From Bigelowiella natans CCMP2755 (taxonomy: Eukaryota; Protista; Cercozoa): DNA of 64,000 nt. Below the pieces are notes generated by a model. The model saw nothing but the letters and a program-made list of their open reading frames with translations, did no database searches and was not told the origin of the DNA. A program made the translations under genes and the position numbers. This document shows, in pieces, positions 52,957 through 64,000 of the stretch. Position 1 is the stretch's first letter; each line of letters begins with the position of its first letter. Location: NCBI GenBank assembly GCA_000320545.1, contig ADNK01002555.1:29284-93283 (forward strand), read 5' to 3'.

Positions 52957-53725
52957 CTTACTACATACATACTGATGGTGGATTGCAGTAGCGCGACATG
53001 ATGTAAATCATAACCACAACCTCAGATTCAGTGGATTGCAGTAGCGCGACAACATGCAAATCATAACCACAACCTCAGATTCAGACTGTCGCTTTCTTTC
53101 CTCTTCTAATGTGGCGAGAATCTACAATGATGATGCGATGATGATGGTGACAATGATGAAGATGAAGATGGGTATATTTAGTGAAATAGTAATTGTTGTT
53201 ATTGTTGTATGATCTTCAAGTATCAACAAGATTTGTATATGTAACGTGTGGTAGTAAGTAATAGGGGTGGTGAGAGCGGTGGTGACGATGCTTCTTTAAG
53301 TAACTATATATTTATAATAATTAGGTTGTAGTAGTAGTAGTAGTAGTAGTAGTAGTAATGGTGATGGTAATGCTGATGATGGTTAATAAGGTCCTCATCT
53401 GATACTTCTTGACAACAAGATCATTATATTTATTTTATTAAAAAAGAATTTAGCGTTATTATTTCCAGTATCTGTCTGCGACAACTCTATTCTTCTATAT
53501 TCACCCACTAGTGATTGATAATTACGGTTGTAATCAAAATAGCAATCATAGTTACTAATAAATGTTGTAATTCATTATTCTTAAGAATGATTACCTGTGA
53601 TTCAATTCTTAAAATTTTCTTACGTTTTTCCTCATCTGATATTTCGAATTCCTTTGATGCATCTCTAAGAACAACGAGGAGTACATTATAGGCTCACACA
53701 TCATACACTACTACTGCTATGATAC

Positions 53726-53769
<44 letters not shown>

Positions 53770-54673
53770 ATACACACAATAAAACGAAGAGTATATTATT
53801 ATTCCTATGGAATATGATGCCGTGACATCATGCAATTGGGCATCATGCCATTCGAAATAGCTTTGGTATCTATGTTATCTTATTTTTTGTTATTCAAATC
53901 TAGAAATTAATTTAAATTAGTATTGTTAATGGTATGATTGCTATTATTACATGAATAGTTTTCCAAAAACTACAACGACAGCAACGAATAGCATAAAATA
54001 AGCCATCAACTTGTCTCTGTAGTAGTAAATTCATCAGCACACAAAGTTGCGATCATATGAAGACAAAAATCAAGCACGGGTTAAAATGCGAATTCATCTA
54101 AAAATAAATCGTAAAAATGGTATGAACAACAAATGTAGGTAAATATAGCTATTTTGGAACAGGCAACCTTTTGGGGGGCCATATGTACTTCTTCAGAGCA
54201 GAGGATTTTGTTGAGAGATAGAAAACCAATAGGAAATCTATAAATATGTACTTCTTCAGAGCAGAGGATTTTGTTGAGAGATAGAAAACCAATAGGAAAT
54301 CTATAATGTTTCATTGAAGAGTAGCATTGTATTGGAAATTGAATATTTATCACAGCAGCCAAACTACTACTATTCCTTCTAATTTGTAAAAGACTGGAAT
54401 TACTTTTCTACGTGGTATATATAGTTTAAAGGAGGAAGACGATGTAGGAAAATTATCTATTGTTAGCCTTTTGGTGAGGATCAGATTTACTAGTAGTGGA
54501 AGAAACAAAAAATGGCAAGTGTTTTCTGTGAGCTGATAGTAATGGCAAATTAGTAGATACATAGGGCATCCTTAGACACGGCCTTCGTTCCTTTCGAATG
54601 GAATAACAGCAGAACCTAACGATAGAAACTAGTATTATGACACCCATCAATTCTTTGATAGATCCTCTTTCTT

Positions 54674-54734
<61 letters not shown>

Positions 54735-54793
54735 GTCTGCCAGCCATCCTCTAACAGGTTTGTCTGACAACAAACACAATACTCTCACAGATC

Positions 54794-54850
<57 letters not shown>

Positions 54851-55064
54851 TCTGTCTGACGACACAGGCGACGAAGACGACAACGACGACGTGACAACAC
54901 TAAGCTATGCACAAAGGAATAAACACTATGATTTTTCACCAGAATCCCTCCCACTCCAGCAAGGACAGGGAACCTGAGAAAGATTGGGTTGAGAAGACAT
55001 CTATTAAACAAAGATTTAATAATGATAGAAAGAAATTTTAGTAGTAGATGAAGAAGCTGGCGCA
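40700..55064 (-). CDS. ABCB half transporter (TAP/ABCB9/ABCB10/MDL-like), many small exons; ends approximate
   Basis: GGKIEFKD, YPTRQDVLVLNGLNF, Walker A IVAFVGPSGSGKSS (44261-44302), GVVSQEPVLFNKTIRENLIYG, VGERGIKLSGGQKQ|RIAIARALL..LLL|DEATSALDA, EEGTHEELL..GVYASLVKRQ; upstream TMD exons (DMQYFDANRVDEIM). TMD-then-NBD order is ABCB. Confidence 0.9.
50352..50485. repeat. 65-bp perfect tandem duplication
   Basis: Units 50352-50416 and 50417-50481. Confidence 0.95.
52978..53083. repeat. 53-bp tandem duplication
   Basis: GTGGATTGCAGTAGCGCGAC...CCTCAGATTCA twice, few mismatches. Confidence 0.92.
54181..54306. repeat. 63-bp perfect tandem duplication containing a putative 49-nt exon
   Basis: Units 54181-54243 and 54244-54306; visible as YRFPIGFLSLNKILCSEEVH x2 in the ORF track. 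Confidence 0.95.
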
Positions 55065-56629
55065 TTCCCAAAAATAGACATGAGTAAGGTTCATTCGATG
55101 AGAGCATGTGTTATAATCGTGTTATAATCGTGCTAAGAAATTCCGAGAGGGTGCTTACATTTTAATCAATATGATCAGAGAAAAACGTACCCACATCATT
55201 TGAAATCAGATAAATATGGTTAGAGGGGAACATATCCACACCATTTTATAATGAGAGGGAACGTATCCACACATTTGAAATCAGATCAAATGTGATGACA
55301 TTGCGGTTTTATTCGATATCAGGATTATGATACAAGAAGGACGGATAGTAATGTTCACACCAACATAATTAGCCTTTTTCCAACTTGTTAGTATTCCTAT
55401 TGTTACCTCATGATCGGACTCAGCCTGGAAGTATTCGCCCCCATCTCCCAGTAGACAGGTGCTTCGAGGGGAGCAGCGAACTGAGAGGACAAACTTCGGA
55501 GTGTTGAGTGAGAACGAACTGCAGGGCATTTATGATAGACGACAACAAATAATTCAGAATAAAAAATGGGAGCACAGCTTGTCGTTACGTTTGCTAAGCT
55601 CAAGCTTCGAACTGCTGGTGTTTGCTATGACGACAAGATAAAATGATTGACGCATTGGAGTAAATGCCATGTGATTCAATATCTTATCTGAAAGAGTTAA
55701 TACTAGAGACTGCTCATATTTGAAGATGAATGCCTAGTGATCAACAAGAGAGGTTCCCAGCCTGCTTCAACCTATCACCCTACATTTTGTTGCACTCTGA
55801 AGAAGGGCTCTCTGAGTTTTAGATTTTAGAATATTGAATAATTGAGACTTCAAATCTTTGACATGGGAGAGGAGGATAAAAGACCATGTGTACTCTGTGT
55901 CGCAAATAAGGTTTCACAACGAAAATTTTACACAAAGTTGCGTCCTGGCCTCGAGAAGAGGACTAAGAGATGACAATGGGAAGTGGTAAGACAAAGTATT
56001 ATAACTGTGTTGGGAGATATAAGAGAATGCGGGAGATTCAACACTGATTGTTTACAATCCATTAACTCACAAGATATTCATTGAAGCAGGTCATGTGTTG
56101 TGGCTGATACAATGGGCTTTGCTTGGTTCTAAACTTAAATTCAACCAATATTTACATTACATAATGCAGAGAGACAGATATAATACACGTATACATCTGA
56201 GCAGATTTAAATATTTGTAATTCAATTAAGTATGACAATAATGTGGGTATTCTTATTTATGCGTCGTGTGTCTGATGTATATGCCACAACGGTATTTTAT
56301 TGGATGGTGATATGCTCCAGCAGCAGATTCATGCATTGCTGCTCGGCAATTAGATGATTGATAATGAATTTTATATCCATGTCAGTTTTCGATTCTAACG
56401 ACGCGTTGATTGATATTAGGCCACAGCGGGAGTCTGTTAATGTTGCTGTCACAAGCAGCTGGTGTCTATGCAACGCCATCACTCTCCTCAGCAGTCACCT
56501 TATCACCAACATCTGCAGGTCGGTCGCTAGTGGGTGGTATATCATGGTGAACTTGTACTATTTACGTACACCAGTGGGTTGCTACTAAACACCCAGCATG
56601 CTGCATTCTTCTATGATGATGAATACTAC

Positions 56630-56631
56630 GT

Positions 56632-56683
<52 letters not shown>

Positions 56684-56698
56684 TAGGTTTGGGAGTAT

Positions 56699-56764
<66 letters not shown>

Positions 56765-56770
56765 ATGTGT
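56630..56770. repeat. Compound microsatellite (CT)n-(CG)n-(AT)n-(GT)n; example of the dense simple repeats throughout the window
   Basis: Directly visible; similar tracts at ~600, 4860, 25420, 26390, 28740, 47510, 54680, 57960, 60620. Confidence 0.95.
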
Positions 56771-57287
56771 GGGTATGTGTACACAAAAACCGATGCGCCA
56801 GCTTAAGTTTCAATTTAATTTAATTTTATATCAGTAAATGTAGGAGAGTAAGAAGGTATAATATGTAATATTTATAATATGACTTATTATTTATGATATA
56901 TTTAGCATGCTGGGATGCATTTCGGGTCAGTGACAACGGTCTAAACTACACATCTCTTCATAGGTAGTATATACCAAGAATTTAATTTAGCCTGATTATG
57001 AAGTTCGTGTTTCATCTCATTCATTGAATAAATTCGGGATAAATCTGAGCAAAGAATGTATTTGTTTACCCATAGAAACATAGATTGTAGATTCGTTGTG
57101 GAAGCAAGCCAAATCCGTTTTTGGAAGTTTGATGTACGAACTGGATAACATAAAAAAATAGCCAATTCTTTTTCAGATTATAATATTTGGGAATGTTAAT
57201 CCTTAAAGTGTTGCCTAGCATTATTTATTGTTGATATAGCATACAATTCGATGGCATGTCTATTAAGTCTGCTGCTCTTAATATCAG

Positions 57288-57954
57288 GTGTTTTTCTACT
57301 ACGATTACCTCGATGTCTTTATTGGTAAGGATGGTAGTTAGTGATGCACATTTGACGACGAAAATACACGAATACGGATGAAGGATTGTTCAATAAGTGT
57401 AGAATGAGGAGTATTAGTATATCTCATCCTATGGGTGGAATTGGGGGTGGTTGAAGGTGATTACAGAATTGCTACACCACAGCACAATTTTTATTCCATA
57501 TTACTGATCCATCATCGATTGGTATCGTTTTTTCCCACAGTTTGTTTTGTGCTACTGTTCAACGACGATGTATTAAATATAAATATATCTTCTTCTTTCT
57601 AACATTTTTTGTATTATCTTTCTTATCATGCCCAGGGAATAACGTTGGGTTTCAATATACTCCAGGAAGAGACTATCGTTTCACAGGGTAACCGATTTAA
57701 CTTTCTAATTAGAAAAGGAAAAGGGGGGTAGGAAGGGGGGGCTAGGGGGTTGGTCCGAAAAAATCGTTGAATCGTGATTTTGAACACTATCGTAGATATG
57801 GTTGTTTTCAATCACAACCAATGAACCAAAACAGACTGTAGCTTGGAAGCAAATACTGCGCACACATACACATACATATAAATACATGCACACTTCAGTA
57901 GCTCTTCACTTTAAGGCTACTAATCCACCTGATGATAGTGGTTCCCATTAACAG

Positions 57955-58037
<83 letters not shown>

Positions 58038-59603
58038 GCACGCACAACATTGTAGGGGCGATGTTCTTTCTGCAATTGTGTTGTTGTCGTTGTCGCCATC
58101 CTTCACAGCTGCTGCTGTTGTACTACTACTGCTACTACTACTGCTACTACTACTGCTACTAATACTAATACTACTACTTAAACTACCTATATCTGTTCTG
58201 TGTCGTCAGCTACTCTCTTCCTGATCCAACACGAATCAATAGCTCTAGCGGTTATTTCTCTTTTGCATGGCATGTGGAATCTACAGACAGAGGGTTTGTT
58301 TTGTTTGCTAACACCCTGCTTTCAACACCAAAGTGATATTTGATGAGAGAGATAGCTCTAGAGAGGAGGAATCAGCCTATACAGCAGCTGCAAATACCAA
58401 CTCTCTTCTTGTATAACAACGTTATGTTGAATCAGTTGTTATGATGATCTTAATTTTCGATATGCTTGATCAAGTTATAGTAAACATAGAGCCAATGATT
58501 TGAGTGTTGATTCTTATTTCCTAAAGTATCATCACCATCACCATCACCATCATTATTTACACCAACCTCACATGTATTCCTATAGTTGCCTCATGTTTCT
58601 ATCTTGTATTTACAGACATGATGGTTGGGGATTCGAAGTGACTAAGGGGGACATTGTCAGTAGTCATTGATAGTCATTGAGCTGCTGTTTACAATGTGAT
58701 GATGGTGATGATGAATTTGTTGTCTTTAGAAGGGTAATAAATATTAGTAGCAGCAAGACAAAGATACAGAATAGAGTTAAAATAACAATCAGGAATTTAT
58801 GGTTGAAACTTAGCTCATGTTGATCTTCCTGCCCATTACTGCTAATACTAACATATTTGTGAATCTTTGTTTATGATGCTAATCCTACTAACCTCTACTA
58901 ATACGTGGTATAATCTCGACATTATCAGTTGTTTTCCCCTACTACATCTCCGTCTCCATCCCACACCGGAAGAACAACTTCTCCTACTCATAATAATATA
59001 CTATCCGCAATGCCTACAGTATCGACTCAAAGGGTATCATACACCCCAACAAGGGTAAATCTTATAACTTCTATCATGATGCTATTGACAAGAAAATAAT
59101 AACAGTATTTGTTAATTATAATAATGTGCGTGTTTCATCCGTGGTAGGGTATGAGAAAGTGCATATAGTTGATGTCAGTGTTTCATTTATCACCACACAT
59201 AGTGCAAATATTATTATGTAAGTTTGTCTTTCATCATAATCATCAGCAGTAGCAGCAACACCATCTTCGTCATCATATTCATCTTCATTATCATGAAGTC
59301 CTTTTTCTCTTCTTGTTCTTATTTTTAACCATTATTTGATCCTTTTGTTCTTAATTGACCAGGCTCCTACTACTACTATCCCTACCTCTACATCGCCAAC
59401 CCAATCTCCTTCTCTTGCTCCTTCTGCTGCTGTCATTACTGAAATGCACGTAAACGCAACTTTTAACTTGGTACCGCTGCTGCTGCTGTTGCTACAACAA
59501 CTACTACTCCTTCTACTACTGCTACTACCAGCCAATAATTATTTCAGTAGTGCTAAGAAGTATTGTCTTGATGTAGTCGGTAGTGGCTGTAGTGCCAGCG
59601 CTA

Positions 59604-59637
<34 letters not shown>

Positions 59638-60620
59638 GCAAAGGTGCTAGTTACAATCATGTTGCGATTCTCAGCATTCCTTACATTACTAGTCATCATC
59701 ATCTTCCATACAATCATTACTCTTCTTCTTTATCCCATCATCTTCACCTCTCCATGTGTGTGTTGTTTCTTCTTTAATTAACCTGCATCATTGCTGTGTT
59801 TCAATTTAGATGAGTGTTTATTCCAACTTACCTATTCAAGATCAAATGGAGTTAAGAAGAGGGTATGTTTGTATGTTGTTGTATAGTTGTAGGCCAAGAA
59901 TAAAAATATTCTGTCAACGTCAATTTTTGACTATTTATTGTTTTTTGTGGTATTCTAGTTGTCGTCGACATTGTAATTTCTGAAATACATCCATCATTGT
60001 CTTCTCTTCTTTTTTCATTATTATTATATACTAGGAGTGAAGATGCTGTTATAAATGCAGTGAATGTACCGAATATAGTCTGGTATTGCACCAGAGTAGT
60101 AATTGCGGGAGACCCTACAACTGGTAATATATTACTGCACTGAATAACCAGTCAACACGTGTGTACATCTATTTTATTACACCGCCTTGAAGATTAGAAA
60201 GATATATTCTCTTCTATCGATCCTCATGCCATTTGTTATTTAACAGGGACTACTACTCCAGGGGAGGGGGGGGGTAATAGCACAGCTACTACCGCAATAG
60301 TGAATTTGCGTTTTACCCTGCCGACAGCACAGCTTGCACAAAGCCTTGAGATCAAGTTGTTATCTCCAACAGGGGTGTGTACTTCATTGTGACGATCATG
60401 TTGCTACCAACAAGAAGTAGAGAAAAAAAACAGCACCCGTTTATACTCAATGTGAATATGCATTTTTCCTTTTCATTCTTTTCTTTTGTTTCTCCTTCTT
60501 TTCTTCCTATCATTCCAACTCAATCTGTTATTTATGATTCTGTTGCAGGTTTTCAATAATCGATATGGATTTAATGTCAGCAAATTCGGAGAGCCTTCGA
60601 TGATAAATATATCAAAAGGC

Positions 60621-60661
<41 letters not shown>

Positions 60662-60750
60662 AGAGAATGTAGTAGGGTTTAAACATAGAGCTTAACACCA
60701 TTGCGACCACGCCGGGATCAATATTCATGTTCGGCACACACGCGCGCGCA

Positions 60751-60799
<49 letters not shown>

Positions 60800-61247
60800 G
60801 ACAGATAGAGTGAGCGGGGGGGCGGGGAAGGGCGGAAGGGGCTTGTAGCGATACGCAGTGATATAGTAGTCTTCTTCCTTAAAATCTAACTCATTGTGAT
60901 TCTCATCATCGCCTTATTGGTTGAACGTTGATAATATATCTTATCTATCTATACCTATCTATCTATCAGCGGCGGAATATTCTGTTTCTTTTGCACCTAC
61001 GATGGCTAAGCACAATGATGATACTCCTCCTCCTTCACTGCAAAAGTAAAAAATCAATATAATTGTCGTAGATAATAGAGATAGTAGAGAGTAATTCTTT
61101 GCGTAAACACTGTAAAAACAAAATGGATTTTACAAGATAATATGAGTTATACTGATATTGTGTCGCTCTCCACATTACACGTACTGAGGGCATTACTCAA
61201 TATGTAGATGTATGAATATTAGCAAATGAATTTATTCATAGTATTTT

Positions 61248-61284
<37 letters not shown>

Positions 61285-61895
61285 AATGCCATGTGTTAAT
61301 TTTAGCCCCAATGTCGCTCGGTCGCATGGAGAAGAGGTTAGTAGTTATTATTACCGTAGCGACAACAGTAGTGATGATTTTTCTAGAGGATAACAGCAAC
61401 CACGTAATTTCTAGGATAACACTCACTCACTCTCACACACATACACACACACAGCTCTTTGTTATCTCTAGTGGTCCCAATAGTTGTTGGTTCATTCTTG
61501 TCGGTGTTTCGTTACATAGAGCGCTCATGATATTGGAGTAATTGTTGGGGGCATTTTTGGAGGATTAGCGGTAATGATAGAAGAAGAAGAAGATGATGAT
61601 GATGATGATGATGAGGAAGTACCAGTAGTTGCAGCGCTTGGCTATGTGTGGGGGGGGGGGGGGCATAGATGATAACCATCCATCTTCTTCTGCGTGTAGA
61701 ATCAAAGAAGTACTTCTCATAAATAGTTTTGGTAAAATCAATGACGAAGTCTTACTATATCTTGCATTTAAGGCTCTGGCTCTCATTGGGGTTTTCATTC
61801 GAAAGTATTGTTTGAAAACAGTTCAACGTGGAATGGAAAGGCCTCCATCGATTCCTCGGCCAATCGGTGAAACAAACTATTTGTACTACTATGGT
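57288..61895 (+). CDS. Putative cell-surface protein with CUB-like motifs, Pro/Thr/Ser-rich stalk and hydrophobic segments; ends uncertain
   Basis: AG/GT-bounded exons VFFYYDYLDVFIG (57288-57324), YSLPDPTRINSSSGYFSFAWHVESTDRG, LFSPTTSPSPSHT..TPTR, APTTTIPTSTSPTQSPSLAPS..NATFNL, VFNNRYGFNVSKFGEP, then hydrophobic exons near 61300-61895. Confidence 0.45.
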
Positions 61896-62355
61896 GATAT
61901 TATTTTGTCCCGTGTTTTTCCAAACATGTGATCAATAGAACTATTTATTTATTTCTATCTACCTGACGTACAAACAAATGATGTTAGAGGTAGCACACGA
62001 AAGATGAAGAGGGGAGGGGGGGAGTTCTGATGCTAGATCTTGGTAGTAATAATATACTCTTCCAGGATGAGATTTGTAAATTTTTGCGACAAATAGTTAA
62101 TTTTGAAGTCCCGGAATGTGATTTCTGTAATAGCAATTTTACTCGCGTCTTCCTCAGGAAATCGTCATGGGTTTGAAGGCCTTGATGAGGCGGAATCTAG
62201 GGCGGTAGTGACAATTGAGCAGATATGATTTGCTCAAGGAAGATCAATGTGTTTCTGTTGGTTTAGTTATCACATATTTTTTGTAGATTTTGAATGGTGC
62301 GTGCTTGTTTCATCTCAGTTTTGCATCGTTCTCTTTTTTCCTCTCTCTCTCTCTC

Positions 62356-62394
<39 letters not shown>

Positions 62395-62539
62395 GTGTAT
62401 GCCAGTGTCTGAGTGTATGTGCATGTGCACATGAGAAAAACACGCACACCGAGTGAGATAGAGAAGGAGGTAGTATTCGTGTCAAGGTCCTTTGAAATGT
62501 CATTTTTCCTTCACAAAGGAACCCATGGATGAGAGCCAA

Positions 62540-63950
62540 TTTGAAGATAGTGATGCAAAGCTAGGTTGTGAGCACACGTGTCAGAACAAGGAATCACCGC
62601 CATGTGCAAATTTGCATTCTTATAAGTTTGACTTTGTGGATGATGATCTTATGTTGGGGATCAAGATTAGCAATGTGTCTCATCGACAGATTGTTTGAAA
62701 CATTGCATTAATTCATCTTCATTTGCAGTGTTGGATCCAGCCAAGAACATTCTGGAGGAAGACAATGAGACCACTTTGGAGGATGGAGAACAGCAAGGTG
62801 GGCATCGACACACATCGTCTCATGACACACCTGCACCTGCGCTTGGTAAAAACAGGGTTGTCTGCACAGCACGATGGCACGTGCTCGTGGCATTGCTTCA
62901 AACATCATCCCGTTGCCGCCATCATCACTTCTTTGACAGATTTGTGACACCTTCTTCTCATTGATTTGGAATTCACAGAACAGCACGATGCAAAGGAAAT
63001 CGTCAATGGATTTCATCCAATCAGCACGGTGAGTGGCATGGAGGAAATTGTTGATCAACGCAACTTTTGAATGAGCGCAAATTGACGTTAGTCTAACAAG
63101 TTTCAAAACGTTGATGAGTTCACAGCATCGTTCTTTTGCATCTGCACATTCGCTCATGCGTTCATTGAGCTTGTGGTGGGAGTGCAATGAGTGATCGAGT
63201 GTGCAAGCACCTGGCTTTGGTCCAATTTCAAACCGCATTGTGCGTGTGCAAACAACAGCTGGCCACAAAGACGCTTCGATTTTCAACACAACATGATCAA
63301 AACTCTGTTGGATCCAGGGACTGTTTGCAAAAATCAAAATGCACTGAACCAAATCGTGTTTTGCTTTAGTTTTTTGGCCATTGTTCTTTCAAACAATCGT
63401 GCTCAGATCGAATTGCTGCAATCGTGCACCAAAGATTCCAAGGATCATCCAATGACTCCCCATCAACATTCTCATGTGTTGTTCCTGATTGACTTGCACA
63501 GCATGCGCAATCATGCACTCGAAGTTTTGCTGAATGAACAAAACAAAGTCAAACTTGTGCTTGCTTGCTTGGTCAGGGTTTTCTCCTGGGCCACGACCAA
63601 AGTGACGATCGAAACGAGGGTCAAAGTGAGGAAAACTGGTCGCAAAAACCGACCAGGGTTTTTTTCAGAGCAAAAGCAAGGACCAAAGTCACAAAAAGTG
63701 GTGAGGGCATTGGGTCAGGGCTGGGATGAGGGTCAGAGTCACGGTTTTTAGTGAGGAGTTTGGACCAGGGTTTGGGTGAGGGTTGGGACAAGCACCGTGA
63801 TCAGCACATTGAGACCAGGGGCAATGTGAGCAAAACAAGTCAGGACCAGTTTTAGAGACAAAACCAGCTCCACAATCAGGGCTGCAACAAAAGTCAGGAT
63901 CACGATCAAAATCACGGCCGAAGTAAGGACCGCGACGAGGGTCAGCATGA
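62540..63950. other. TpA-depleted island E
   Basis: TA nearly absent; ORF 62708-63352 (214 aa) has a single Tyr and many Cys/His. Confidence 0.85.
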
Positions 63951-64000
63951 GGGTCAAAATATAGGGCAAAAGTCAGGACTGCGTCAAGGATAAAGGGTTA
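63570..64000 (+). repeat. Degenerate 6-bp-periodic tract resembling TTAGGG variants (TCAGGG/TGAGGG/CCAGGG)
   Basis: GGTCAG, GAGGGT, CAGGGT, CAGGAT in phase; the window ends AAAGGGTTA; the minus frame gives a hydrophobic residue at every second codon (ORF 63748-63969). Confidence 0.55.

Noticed and set aside
55184-55295. Imperfect ~35-bp repeats upstream of the ABCB gene as TE termini
   Set aside because: No TSD, inverted ends or internal ORF; likely a local duplication.
56297-56482. Copia gag (UBN2)-like fragment ..ISINASLESKTDMDIKFIINHLIAEQQ
   Set aside because: Similarity too short; no supporting LTR or pol motifs nearby.

Overview
Eukaryotic, AT-rich, very intron-dense nuclear DNA full of (AT)n/(AC)n/(AG)n/(TAG)n/(GAT)n microsatellites. 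It looks like a protist, possibly a chlorarachniophyte/rhizarian, but that is only an impression. Recognisable multi-exon genes: a carbohydrate sulfotransferase (-), a VDAC/porin (+), an ABCG half-transporter (+), an AAAP amino-acid permease (-), an ABCB half-transporter (-), a probable CUB/PT-repeat membrane protein (+) and two unknown genes. A very young, intact Ty3/gypsy LTR retrotransposon lies at 29935-35649 (4-bp TSD AGCA; LTRs differ only by one C in a homopolymer). Its single gag-pol ORF has an atypical D,D(27)E integrase followed by a C-terminal domain resembling a degenerate DIRS/phage-Dam-type adenine methyltransferase. The most striking signal is in the intergenic DNA. Five islands are almost stripped of TpA and enriched in TpG/CpA while keeping CpG, and the surviving TpA sits almost only in CTAG (or CTA/TAG). 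A local tandem duplication differs only by TA<->CA/TG substitutions plus one 2-bp indel. This suggests a context-specific A-to-G hypermutation of non-genic/TE DNA, the mirror image of fungal RIP. Exon boundaries and all counts were read by eye and are approximate.
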